A DNA stretch of 64,000 bases, taken from assembly GCF_009914755.1 (NCBI RefSeq), contig NC_060936.1; one strand, 5' to 3'. This document shows, in pieces, positions 1 through 12,836 of the stretch (positions are counted from its first letter, which is position 1; every line of letters begins with the position of its first letter). The notes under the pieces were generated by a model. The model searched no databases. It was not told the DNA's origin and saw nothing but the letters and a program-made list of their open reading frames with translations. The position numbers were made by a program, and so were the translations under genes. This DNA is from the human T2T-CHM13v2.0 reference genome, Homo sapiens.

Positions 1-622
1 CTTTACTTTCTAGGGTACATGTGCACAACAGGCTGGTTTGATACATAGGTATACATGTGCCATGTCAGTTTGCTGCACCCATCGACTCATCATTTACATT
101 AGGTATTTCTCCTAATGCTATCCCTCCACCAGGCCGCCACCCCCCGACAGGCCCCAGTGTGTGATGTTCCCCTCCCTGTGTTCAAGTGACCTCATTGTTC
201 AGTTCCCACCTATGAGCCAGAACATGCAGTGTTTGGTTTTCTGTCCTTGTTATAGTTTGCTGAGAATGATGGTTTCCAGCTTCATCCATGTCCCTGCAAA
301 CATATGAACTCATCCTTTTTAATGGCTCCATAGTATTCCATGGTGTATATGTGCACATTTTCTTTATCCAGTCTATCATAGATGGACATTTGGGTTGGTT
401 CCAAGTCTTTGCTATTGTGAATAGTGCCACAATAAACATATGTGTGCGTGTGTCTTTATAGTAGCATGATTTATAATCCTTTGTGTATATACCCAGGATT
501 GCTGGGTCAAATGGTAATTCTAGTTCTATATCCTTGAGGAATTGCCACACTGTCTTCCACAATGGTTGAACTAATTTACACTCCCACCAACAGTGTAAAA
601 GCATTCCTATTTCTCCACATCC
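1..622 (-). mobile_element. 5'-truncated L1PA (about L1PA6/7) 3' end: ORF2 C-terminus plus 3'UTR; tail lies left of the window
   Basis: Reverse complement of the L1 3'UTR (gggtacatgtgcacaac..., taggtatttctcctaatgctatccc). ORF 182-604 gives L1 ORF2 C-terminal peptide [14 protein letters not shown]...AKTWNQPKCPS. Confidence 0.95.
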
Positions 623-649
623 TTAAGGAAAGAAAACTTTCAAATGCAG

Positions 650-2376
650 AACTTTCAATCTTCTGCATAAGACTAGCAAGTTATCCTAGCACCATTTATT
701 GAATAAAATGTCCTTTTCCCATTGCCAGTTTTGCCAAAAATCAGATTGCTGTAGGTAGGAGACCTTTTTTTGGGGCTCTCCATTCTGTTCCATGGGTCTG
801 TGTGTCTGCTTTTGTTCCAGTACAATGCTATTTTGATTACTGTAGCCCCTTAGTATAGTTTGAAGTCGAGTGGCATGATGTCTCCAGATTTGTTCTCTTT
901 GCTTAGAATTGCCTTGGCTATTTGGGCTCTTGATTACATGAATTTTAAAATAGTTTTTTTTTCTAATACTGTAAAGAATGAATGTCATTGGTAGTTTGAT
1001 AGGAATAGCAATTTAATCTGTAAATTGCTTTTGGCAGTACGACCATTTTAACGATATTGATTCTCCCTATCCATGAGCATGGAATATTTTTCCATTTGTT
1101 TACATTATCTCTGATTTCCCTGAGCAGTGTTTTATGGTTCTCATTGTAGAGATCTTTCACCTTTCTTGTAGCTATAGTTCTAAGCATTTTATTTTATTTG
1201 TGGCAATTGTAAATGAGATTGCATTTCTGATTTGGCTCATGGCTAGGCTGTTGTTTGTATATAGAAATGTGAAAATTTTTGTACATTGATATTGCATCTG
1301 AAACTTTGCTGAAGTTGTTTATCTGCTTAAGGAGCTGTTGGGCAGAGACTATGGGGTTTTCTAGATGTAGAATCATGTCATCAGCAAATAGGAATATTTC
1401 GACTTCCTCTCTTCCTATTTGGGTGCCCTTTATTTCTTTCTCTTGCCTGATTGCTCTGGCCAGGACTTTCGATAGTATTAAAATATGTCAAACAGAAGGA
1501 GAGGGCATCCTTGTCTTGTGCTGGTTTTCAAGGAGAATGCTTCTAGCTTTTGCCCATTCAGTATAATGTTGGCCATGGGTTTTTCATAGATGACCCTTTT
1601 AATCATGAGGTACATTCCTTTAATACCTAGTTTGTTGAGAGTTTTTAACATTTTGAATTTTATCAAAAGACTTTCCTGCATCTATTGATATAATCATGTG
1701 GTTTTTGTCTTTAGTTCTCTTTATGTGATGAATCACATTTATTGATTTGTGTATGTTGAAGCAACCTTACATTGCAGGGATAAAACCTACTTGATTGTGG
1801 TGGATTAGCTTTTTAATGTGCTGCTGGATTTGATTTTCTAGTACATTTTTTAGGATTTTTGCATCAATGTTCATCAAGGGTATTGCCCTGAAGTTTTTTG
1901 TTGTTGTTGCTGTGTCTCTGACAGGTTTTGGTATCAGGATGATGTTAGACTCATAGAATGAGTTGGGGGGATTCCCTCCTTCTCAAATTTTTGGAATAGT
2001 TTCAGTAGGAATGTTACCAGCTCTTCTTTGTTCATCTGGTAGAATTCAGCTGTAAGTCCATCTGGTTCTAGGCTTCTTTTGGTTGGTAGACTATTTATTA
2101 CTGATTCAATTTTAGAACTTGTATTGGTCTGTTTAGGATTCATTTTTCTTCCTGGATCAGTTTTGAGAGTGAATGTTTCCAGGTGTGTATCCTTTTCTTC
2201 TAGATTTTCTCATTTATGTGCATAGAGGTGTTTATAGTAGTCTCTGATAGTTAGTGGTATTTCTGTGGAGTCAGTGGTACCATTCCTTTTGTTGTTTCTA
2301 ATTATGTTTATTTGGATCTTTTCTCTTTTATTCTTTATTAGTCTAGCTAGGGCTTTAATTACCTTATTAATATTTT
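650..2376 (-). mobile_element. Old L1 (L1PA13-16/L1PB-like) ORF2 remnant; left part of an element split by a younger L1
   Basis: Frameshifted ORF2 peptides ([38 protein letters not shown]). Collinear with 8485-10796. Confidence 0.9.
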
Positions 2377-5300
2377 CTTATTTTATATTATACTTTACGT
2401 TCTAAGGTACATGTGCACAACTTGCAGGTTTGTTAAATAGGTATGCATGTGCCATGTTGGTTTGCTGCGCCTGTCAACTCATCATTTACATTAGGTTTTT
2501 CTCCTAACACTATCCCTCCCCCAGTCATTTACATTAGGTATTTCTCCTAACGCTAGCCCCCCCACCCCTTGACAGGCCCCAGTATGTGATGTTCCCCTCC
2601 CTGTGTCCGTGTGTTCTCATTGTTCACCTCCCACTTATGAGTGAGAACATGTGGTGTTTGGTTTTCTGTCCTTGTGATATTTTGCTGAGAATGTATATGT
2701 GTCACTTTTTTTTTTCATCCAGCCTATTATTGATGGACATTTGCGTTAGTTCTAAGTCTTTGATATTGTGAATAGTGCCGCAGTAAACATACGTGTGCAT
2801 GTGTCTTTATAGTAGCATGATTTATAATCCTTTGGGTATATACCCAGTAATGGGACTGCTGGGTCAAATGGTATTTCTAGTTCTAGATACTTGAAGAATT
2901 GCCACACTGTCTTCCACAGTGGTTAAACTAATTTACACTCCCAACAACAGTGTAAAAGCGTTCCCATTTCTCCACATCCTCTGCAGCATCTGTTGTTTCC
3001 TGACTTTTTAATGATCACTATTCTAACTGGCACGAGATAGTATCTCATTGCGGTTTTGATTTGCATTTCTCTGAGGACAAGTGATGATGAGCGTTTTTTC
3101 ATATGTCTCTTGGCTGCATACATGTCTTCTTTTGAGAAGTGTCTGTTCATACCCTTTGTTCACTTTTTGATGGTTTTTTTTTTCTTGTAAATTTGCTTAA
3201 GTTCTTTGTAGATTCTGGATATTAGCCCATTGTCAGATGGATAGATTGCAAATATTTTCTCCCATTCTGTAGGTTTCCCGTTCACTCTGATGGTAGTTTC
3301 TTTTGCTATGCAGAAGCTCTTTAGTTTAATTAGATCCCATTTGTCTATTTTGGTTTTTCTTGCCATTGCTTTTGGTGTTTTAGTCATGAAGTCTTTGCCC
3401 ATGCCTATGTCCTAAATGGTATTGCCTAGGTTTTCTTCTAGGGTTTTTATGGTTTTAGGTCTTACATTTAAGACTTTAATCCATCTTGAGTTAATTTTTA
3501 TATAAGGTGTAAGGAAGGGACCCAGTTTCAGCTTTCTACATATGGCAAGCCAATTTACCGAAGACCATTTATTAAATAGAGAATCCTTTCCCCATTGCTT
3601 GTTTTTGTCAGGTTTGTCAAAGATCAGATGGTTGTAGATATGTGGCGTTATTTCTGAGGGCTCTGTTCTGTTCCATTGGTCTATATACCTGTTTTTGTAC
3701 CAGTACTGTGCTGTTTTGGTTACTGTAGACTTGTACTATTATAGTTTGAAGTCAGGTAGCCTGATGTCTCCAGCTTTGTTCTTTTTGCTTAGGATTGTCT
3801 TTGCTATGCGGGCTCTTTTTGGTTCCATATGAAATTTAAAGTAGTTTTTTTCCAATTCTGTGAAGAAAGTCTTTGGTAGCTTGATGGGGATAGCCTTGAA
3901 TCTATAAATTACCGTGGGCAGTATGGCCATTTTCACGATATTGATTCTTCCTTTCCATGAGCATGGAATGTTCTTCCATTTGTTTGTGTCCTCTTTTATT
4001 TCATTGAGCAGTGGTTTGTAGTTCTCCTTGAAGAGGCCTTTCACATCCTTTGTAAGTTGGATTCCTAGGATTTTATTCTTTATGTAGTAATTGTGAATGG
4101 GAGTTCACTCATGATTTGGCTCTCTGTTTGCCTGTTATTGGTGTATAGGAATGCTTGTGATTTTTGCACGTTGATTTTGTATCTTGAGAGTTTACTGAAG
4201 TTGCTTATCAGCTTAAGGAGATTTTTGGCTGAGACTATGGGATTTTCTAAATATGCAATCATGTCATCTGCAAACAGAGACAATTTGACTTCCTCTTTTC
4301 CCAGTTGAATACCCTTTATTTCTTTCTCTTGCCTGATTGCTCTGGCCAGAACTTCCAGTACTGCGTTGAATAGGAGTGGTGAGAGATGGCATCCTTGTCT
4401 TCTGCCAGTTTTCGAAAGGAATGCTTCCAGTTTTTGCCCATTCGGCATGATATGGGCTGTGGATTTGTCATAAATAGCTCTTATTATTTTGAGATACGTT
4501 CCATCAATACCTAGTTTATTGAGAGTATTTAGCATGAAGAACTGTTGAATTTTATCAAAGGTCTTTTCTGCATCTACTGAGATAATCATGTGGCTTTTGT
4601 CATTGGTTCTGTTTATGTGATGGGTTACATTTATTGATTTGCATATGTTGAACCACGCTTGCATCCCAGGCATGAAGCTGACTTAATAGTGGTGGATAAG
4701 CTTTTTGATGTGCTGCTGGATTCAGTTTGCCAGTATTTTATTGATGATTTTGCATCAATGTTCATCAGGGATATTGGCCTAACATTCTCTTTTTTTGTTG
4801 TGTCTCTGTCAGGCTTTAGTATTAGGATGATGCTGGCCCCATAAAATGAGTTAGGGAAGATTTCCTCTTTTTCTATTGATTGGAATAGTTTCAGAAGGCA
4901 TGGTACCAGCTCCTCTTTGTACCTCTGGTAGAATTTGGCTGTGAATCTGTTGGTCCTGGGTGTTTTTTGCTTGGTAGGCTATTAATTATTGCCTCAATTT
5001 CAGGATCTGTTATTGGTCTACTCAGAGATTCAAATTCTTCCTTGTTTAGTCTTGGGAGGGTATATGTGTCCAGGAATTTATCCATTTCTTCTAGATTTTC
5101 AGGTTTATTTGCATAGAGGTGTTCATAGTATTCTCCGATGGTAGTTTGTATTTCTGTGGGATTGGTTGTGATATCCCCTTTATCATTTTTTATTGTGTCT
5201 ATTTGATTCTTCTCTCTTTTCTTATTAGTCTTGCTAGTGGTCTATCTATTTTCTTGATCTTTTCAAAAAATCAGCTCTTGGATTCGTTGATTTTTGAAGG

Positions 5301-8300
5301 GTGTTTTGTGTCTCTATCTCCTCCAGTTCTGCTCTGATCCTAGTTATTTCTTGTCTTCTGCTAGCTTTTGAATTTGTTTGCTCGTGCTTCTCTAGTTCTT
5401 TTAATTGTGATGTTAGGGTGTTGATTTTAGATCTTTCCTGCTTTTTCATGTTGGCATTGAGTGCTATAAATTTCCCTCTACACACTGTTTTAAATGTGTC
5501 CCAGAGATTCTTGTACGTTGTGTCTTTGTTCCCATTTGTTTCAAAGAACATCTTTATTTCTGCCTTCATTTTGTTATTTACCCAGTAGGAAGCAATTGTT
5601 CAGTTTCCAAGTAGTTCTGTGGTTTTGAGTGAGTTTCTTAATCCTGAGTTCTAATTTGATAGCACTGTGGTCTGAGAGACTGTTTGTTGTGATTTCTGTT
5701 CTTCTACATTTGCTGAGGAGTGTTTCACTTCCAATGATGTGGTCAATTTTAGAATAAGTGCAATGTGGTGCTGAGAAGAACGTATATTCTGTTGATTTGG
5801 GGTGGAGAGTTCTGTAGATGTCTATTAGGTCCGCTTGGTCCAGAGCTGAGTTCAAGTCTTGGATATCCTTGTTCACTTTCTGTCTCATTGATCTGTCTAA
5901 TATTGACAGTGGGGTGTTATAGTTTCCCATTATTATTGTGTTGGAGTCTAAGTCTCTTTGTAGGTCTCTAAGAACTTGTTTTATGAATCTGGGTGCTGCT
6001 GTATTGGGTGCATACATATTTAGGATAGTTAGCTCTTCTTGTTGCATTGATCCCTTTACCATTATGTAATGGCTTTCTTTGTCTCTTTTGATCTTTGTTG
6101 GTTTAAAGTCTGTTTTATCAGAGACTAGGATTGCATCTCCTGCTTATTTTTTGCTCTCCATTTTCTAGACAGATCTTCCTCCATCTCTTTATTTTGAGCC
6201 TATATGTGTCTTTGCATGTGAGATGTGTCTCCTGAATACAGCACACTGATGGGTCTTGACTCTTTATCCAATTTGCCAGTCTGTGTTTTTTAATTGGGGC
6301 ATTTAGCCCATTTACATTAAAAGTTAATATTTTATGTGTGAATTTGATCCTGTCCTTATGATGCTAGCTGGTTATTTCACCCGTTAATTGATGCAGTTTC
6401 TTCATAGTGTCGATGGTCTTTACACTTTGCATGTTTTTGCAGTGGCTGGTACCAGTTGTTCCTTTCCATATTTAGTGCTTCCTTCAGGAGATCTTGTAAG
6501 GCAGGCCTGGTGGTGACAAAATCTCTCAGTATTTGCTTGTCTGTAAAGGATTTTATTTCTCCTTCACTTATGAAGCTTAGTTTGGCTGGATAAGAAATTC
6601 TGGGTTGAAAATTCTTTTCTTTAAGAAAGTTGAATATTGGCCCCCACTCTCCTCTGACTTGTAGGGTTTCCGCTGAGACATCCACTGTTAGTCTGATGGG
6701 CTTCCCTTTGTGGGTAACCCGACCTTTCTCTCTGGCTGCCCTTAACATTTTTTCCTTCATTTCAACCTTGGTGAATCTGACAATTATGTGTCTTGGGGTT
6801 GCCCTTCTCGAGGAGTATCTTTGTGGTGTTCTCCATATTTCCTGAATTTGGATGTTGGCCTGCCTTGCTCGGTTGAGGAAGTTCTCCTGGATAATATCCT
6901 GAAGAGTGTTTTCTAACTTGGTTCCATTCTCCCCGTCACTTTCAGGTACACCAATCAAACATAGATTTGGTCTTTTCATCTAGTCCCATATTTCTTGGAG
7001 GCTTGGTTCATTTCTTTTCACTCTCTTTTCTCTAATCTTGTTTCTCACTTATTTCATTAATTTGATCTTCAATCACTGATATCCTTTCTTCCGCTTGATC
7101 CAATGGGCTATTGAAGCCTGTGTATGCTTCATGAAGTTCTTGTTCTGTGGGTTTCAGCTCCATCAGGTCATTTAAGCTTTTCTCTGTGCTGGTGTTTCTA
7201 GTTAGCCATTTCTCTAACCTTTTTTCAAGGTTTTTAGCTTCCTTGCGATGGGTCAGAAAATGCTCCTTTAGCTCAGAGAAGTTTGTTATTACCGACCTTC
7301 TGAAGCCTATTTCTGTCAACTCGTCAAACTCATTCTCTGTTCAGTTGTGTTCCCTTGCTGGCGAGGAATTGTGTTCTTTTGGAGGGGAAGAGGTGTTCTG
7401 ATTTTTGGAATTTTCAGCCTTTCTGCTCTGGTTTCTCCCCATCGTTGTGGTTTTATCTACCTTTGGTCTTTGATGTTGGTGACATACAGATGGGGTTTTG
7501 GTGTGGATGTCCTTTTTGTTGATGTTGATTCTATTGCTTTCTGTTTGTTAGTTTTCCTTCTAACAGACAGGCCTCTCAGCTGCAGATCTGTTGGAGTTTG
7601 CTGGAGGTCCACTCCAGAACCTGTTTGCCTGGGTATCACCAGTGGAGGCTGCAGAACAGCAAATATTGCTGCCTGATCCTTCCTCTGGAAGCTTCATCCC
7701 AGAGGGGCACCTACCTGTATGAGGTGTCTGTTGGCCCCCACTGTGAGGTGTCTCCCAGTCAGGCTACATGGGAGTCAGGGACCCACTTGGGGAGGCAGGC
7801 TGTCCACTATTGGAGCTCGAATGCCATGCTGGGAGAACCACTGCTCCCTTCAGAGCTGTCAGGCAGGGATGTTGATGTCTACAGAGGCTGTCTGCTGCCT
7901 TTTGTTCAGATATGCCCTGCCCCAAGAAGTGAAATCTAGAGAGGCAGTAGGCCTTGCTGAGCTGCAGTGGGCTCTGCCCAGTTTGAGATTTCCTGCCACT
8001 TTGTTTACACTGTGAGCATAGAATGGCCTACTCAAGCCTCAGCAATGGTGGACGCCCCTCCCCCTGCCAAGCTCCAGCTTCCCAGGTCAATCTCAGACTG
8101 CTGCGCTAGCAGTGAGCAAGGCTCCATGGGCGTGGGACCTGCTGAGCCAGGCACGGGAGGGAATCTCCTGGTCTGCCAGTTGCAAAGACCATGGGAAAAG
8201 TGCAGTATTTGGGTAGGAGTTTACCGTTCCTCCAGGTACAGTCACTCATGGCTTCCCTTGGCTAGGAAAGGGAAATCCTAGCCCTTGCACCTTCCAGGTG

Positions 8301-8484
8301 AGGTGATGCTGTGCCCTGCTTCGGCTTGCCCTTCATGGGCTGTACCCAGGGTCCAACCAGTCTCAATGAGATGAACCAGGTACCTCAGTTGGAAATGCAG
8401 AAATCACCCATCTTCTGCATTGATCTTGCTGGGAGCTGTAGACTGGATCTGTTCCTATTCAGCCATCTTGGAAGCACCAACCCC
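2377..8484 (-). mobile_element. Full-length (6.1 kb) L1PA7-like element, ORF1/ORF2 disrupted; 16-bp TSD accttattaatatttt at 2361-2376 and 8485-8500
   Basis: 5' end rc gggg...ttccaagatggctgaataggaac (YY1 site); 5'UTR, ORF1 (about 6420-7440), ORF2 EN and RT (LFADDM), 3'UTR. Perfect TSD at a TTTT/AAAA endonuclease-type site. Confidence 0.97.
8045..8281 (+). other. L1 antisense ORF0-like frame (78 aa, MVDAPPPAKLQLPRSISDCCASS...)
   Basis: Antisense to the L1 5'UTR and resembles primate ORF0 (MAGAPPPASLPPCSLISDCCASN...). Expression unknown. Confidence 0.6.
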
Positions 8485-10796
8485 ACCTTATTAATATTTT
8501 TAAAACACCAACTTCTAGTATTGCTGATCTTTTGAATGTTTTTTTTTGTGTCTCAGTCATCTTCAGTTCAACTCTGATTTTGTTTATTTTTTGTCTTCTG
8601 CTATCTTTGTGGTTGGTTTGCTCTTGCTTCTCTAGTTCTTGTAGTTGTGATGGTAGGTCATTAATTGGAGATCTTCCTAAGTTTTTGATGTGGGCATTTA
8701 GTGCTATAAATTTCCCCCTTAACACTGCCTTATTTGTGTTCCAGTGATTCTGATACATTGTATCTTTGTCCTCATTAGTTTCAAATAACTTCTTGATTTC
8801 TGCCTTAATTTTGTTATTTACCCAAAAGTTATTCAGGAGCAGGTTGTTAATTTCTATCTATTCTTATGGTTTGGGGCCATTTTCTTAGTCTTGATTTCTA
8901 TTTTTTTTTTTTTTTTTTGGACTGTGGTCTGAAAGTGTGACTGATATAATTTTGTGGGGTTTTATGCATTTGCTGAGTGTCGTTTTATGTTCGATCATGT
9001 GGTCAGTTTTAGAGTATGTGCCATGTGGTGATAAGAAGAAGGTATATTCTGTTGTTTGGGGGTGGAGATTTTTGTAAATGTCTGTTAGATCCATTTATTC
9101 CAGTGTGGAGTTGAAGTCCTGAATATCTTTGTTAATTTTCTGGTTCAATGATCTGTCTAATACTGTCAGTGGTGTGTTGAAGTTGCCCACTATTATTATG
9201 TGGTAGTCTAGTTCTCTTTGTAGGCCTCTAAGAACTTGCTTTAAGAATCTGGGTGCTCCTGTGTTGGGGGCATGTGTACTTAATATAGTTAGGTCTTCTT
9301 TTTGAATTGAACCTTTTACCATGATGTAATGCCCTTTTATGTCTTTTTTGATGTTTGTTGGTTTAAAGTCTGTTTTGTCTGAAATTAGGATTGCCACTTC
9401 TGCTTTTTTTCTGATTTCTATTTGCTTGATAAATTTTCCTCCATCTGTTTTTCCTTTTGAGTCTATAGGTGTCATTGCATGTGAGATGGGTCTCTTGAAG
9501 ACAGCATACCATTGAGTCTTGCTTTTTTATCCAGCTTACCACTCTGTGCCTTTTAATTTTGACATTTAGCCCATTTACATTCAAGGTTAGTTTGGTGTGG
9601 ATTTTATCCTATTATTTTGTTGTTAGCTGGTTATTATGCAGGTTTGTTTATGTGGTTGTTTTATAGTGTCACTGGTCTGTGTACTTAACTGTCTTTTTTT
9701 GGGGGTCTGGTAATAGTCTTTTCTTTCCATATTTAGTGCTTCTTTCAAAAACTCTTATAAGATAGGTCTGGTGGTAATAAATTCCTTTAGCATTTGCCTG
9801 TCTGAAAAGGATCTTATTGCTCCTTCACTTAGGAAGCTTAGTTTGGCTGGATATGAAATTCTTAAATGAAGGTTTTTTTTTTTTTTTTTCTCTAAGAATG
9901 TAGAATGTAGGCCCCCAGTCTCTTCTGGCTTGTAGGGTTCCTGCTGAAAGGTCCACTGTTAATTTGATGGAATTCTACTTGTAGGTGATCTGCCTTTTCT
10001 CTCTAGCTACCTTTAACATTCTTTCATTTCAACTTTGGAAAATTGGATAATTATGTGTCTTGGGGGTGATCTTGTGTAGAATCTTACAGGGATTTTCTGT
10101 ATTTCTTGAATTTGATTGATGGCCATTCTAGAGAGATTGGGGAAGTTATCATGGACAATATCCTAAAATATATGTTCCAAGTTGCTTACTTTCTCCCCAT
10201 CTTTTTCAGGGATGCCACTGATTCATATATTTGCCCTTCTTATATAATTCCATACTTATCAGAGGTTTTATTCATTCCTTTTTATTCTTTTCTCTTTATT
10301 TTTGTCTGATTGTGTTATTTCAGAGAACTAGTTTTCAAGCTCTGAGATTCTTTCCTCAGCTTGGTCTATTTTGCTATTAATACTTGTGATTGCATTGTGA
10401 AATACTTGTGTGTTTTTCAGCAATATTAGGACAGTTAGGTTTTTTCTTATACTGGCTATTTCATCAGTCAGCTCCTGTATCATTTTATTATATTCTTAGT
10501 TTCCTTGGGTTGGGTTTTACCATGCTCCTGAATCTGATGATCTTCATTCCTATCCATATTGTGAATTCTATATCAATCATTTCAGCCATCTCAGCCCTGT
10601 TAAGAAGCCCTGTTTGAGAACTAGTGTGGTCAGTTGGATGACATAAGACACTGGAGATCTGAGTTGCCAATGTTCTTGTGTTAGTTCTTTCTCATCTCTT
10701 TGTTTGGGTGTTTCTCCAACTGTGATGTAGGGTAAGTACAGTCAGCAGACTTCTTTTCTGGATGTTTTCACAGGGCCCAGGCACTGTTCAGGGTCT
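8485..10796 (-). mobile_element. Old L1 (L1PA13-16/L1PB-like): ORF2 endonuclease, ORF1 and about 100 bp of 5'UTR; right part of the split element
   Basis: Peptides NVNGLN...CCLQETHL, GHYIMVKGSI...APNTGAPRF and ORF1 N-terminal-like AEMAEMIDIEFTIWIGMK. Confidence 0.9.
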
Positions 10797-10903
10797 AAAA
10801 GTATGGAACATTTCACAGATTTGTGTGACATCCTTGTGCAGAGGTCATGCTCTTCTTCTCTGTATCATTCCAATTTTAGTATATGTGCTGCTTATGCAAG
10901 CAC
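10797..10903 (-). pseudogene. RNU6: Full-length U6 snRNA retropseudogene fused 5' of the L1 (U6/L1 chimera)
   Basis: Reverse complement reads GTGCTTGCATAAGCAGCACATATACTAAAATTGGAATGATACAGAGAAGAAGAGCATG...TTCCATACTTTT. About 17 mismatches in 107 nt versus U6 by manual alignment; ACAGAGA box retained. Confidence 0.96.
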
Positions 10904-12159
10904 TATAGACTTTCATTTGTTTGAATTTTTACGTTTAACATGGTCAATTAATAAAAATATGCATAATTAACAAAGTAATGTAGTGATTTGTTTGGCAGAA
11001 GAAAGAATCCCTTGAGGACAAATCAAGCCTCATCTTGTAATTATTCATTCAACCTGATGAAATCCGTAGAGTAGCCTCTTTTCTTTTTGCTTACATAGTT
11101 CTTTAAGCTGTTCCTCACAGTCGGATAAAGTTTTTAAAGCAGTTCAGCTCTTCATTTTATCTCAAGTGCCTTCTCATTAATACCCACAGAGGGACAAGAC
11201 AGTAATGTTAAAACACCCAGAAAGAAGAATAAGTTCAAGAGACAATTACATCCACAACATCTCCTCTTTACTAGTGACTTTATTTCACAAAATTATAGTT
11301 TTGGAAGAGCACTAGAGGATATCTTGTTAAGCCTTAAAAATCTGTCATAAGTGGTCTCTATATCCTCTCTAAAAATCTCCATTAAGCAAAAAGGAATGTC
11401 TTTTCTCCCAAGATGACTCATTCTAATTTCTGACATGCTCGAATATTATTTATTTTATACTGAGGCAATTATCTACTTCCTTTTGATATCTACACATTAG
11501 CCTATTTTTAGTCTGTTTCCTTCTTTTAATCCCCCCTAAAGTTTGCTTTCCTGAGCTGCAGCCATTTTCTCCAATGCCTCAATCTCTCCCTTCCATTTTA
11601 AAGCACTGCAGACTTACTTTTTTTATTGATTTCAGTCATTAGGCTTCCCTCCCATTACTCCTCATCAAGGGCCACCCTGACTTTCTTAGAAACAAAATTT
11701 GAAAGCAGCTAATTCTGAGAAGGCTCATGGATAAAATCAGCAGTAAGACAACCAGCTGCCCATGGCAGGAGGAATCCAGCCACCCTGCTGCTCTAGCACA
11801 GCTCTCGGCTTTAACAAGAAATCAAAATGCCTCCTGGGAAAGTATGAAAAAATGTTTATTTCACTACCAAAATGTTGTCACCTTTGCCATGAAACAAAAA
11901 ATCAAAAGAAAAGTTATGTTTGCATAGATGCAACCCAAACTGAAAGCTAGAATAAAATGGATTATATTTTTCCAAAGTGTAAGAAAATGTCTTTCTCTCT
12001 TGACCCACTCACACATTTTGGAATTTATTCCAAGAACATAATCTAAAATATCTCCCAAAGATTTTCATAGCAAGTTGTTCACCACTGTTACTTATAATAG
12101 CAAAATCTTGGGAAATAAACTAAATGTCTTTAATTTGGTAATGCCAGAATGTTATCAAA

Positions 12160-12836
12160 ATCTATATATGAGATATCTAAAATAGTCAAACCATAAAAGC
12201 AGAGATTAGAATGGTGGTTAGCAAGGCATGAGGAGAGGAGGATGTAGGGAGTTGTTTAATGGGTATAAAAATTCAGTTATACAAGGTAAATAAGTTCTTC
12301 TGGAGATCATAGAAATATCCTGTACAACATAGTATCTATGGTTAACATACTGTATTGTGCACTTAAAAATTTGTTGAGAGAGTAGATCTCATGTTAAGTG
12401 TTCTTATCACAATCACACACACACATATACACACATACAATACCAAATGTACACGAGGAAACTTTTGGGAATGATGAATATTTTTATTACCTTGATTGTG
12501 ATAATGGTTTCACAGTGTTCATGGTGGGTAATATATGCAAACCTACCCCCAGAGCAGACATATGCCTTCCTCTTGGAAGCTGAGGGAGCCGAGAGGATAC
12601 TGTGGACCTTACAGAAGTATCTTCATGAGGGGTTACCTGTGCACCAGGGATTGTTTAATGGCCTTACTGCAGAACGCTTTGGTATGTGGGTGTCAAACAC
12701 TGGTCATTATGTCAGTTTCACTTCAAGATGGCCTCACTTTTGACATGCAACAGGCTGTTTTCCTACACACAGATATATGCATATGTTCAAATCATCAAAT
12801 TTTATGTTAATTATACCTCAATAAAGCTGTTAAAAA
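12160..12836 (+). mobile_element. L1MA/L1MB 3'UTR fragment, interrupted by an LTR at 12516-12767
   Basis: agaatggtggtt...gagagtagatctcatgttaagtgttcttatcac...ccttgattgtgataatggtttcac and terminal tatacctcaataaagctg. Confidence 0.8.
12516..12767 (-). mobile_element. Short ERVL-class solo LTR (LTR47-like), 5-bp TSD cacag
   Basis: TG...CA termini (rc start tgtaggaaaacagcctgttgcatg). cacag is present at 12511-12515 and 12768-12772. Confidence 0.8.

Noticed and set aside
10797-10903. Functional U6 gene
   Set aside because: About 16% diverged, fused to L1, and no recognisable PSE/TATA arrangement upstream.
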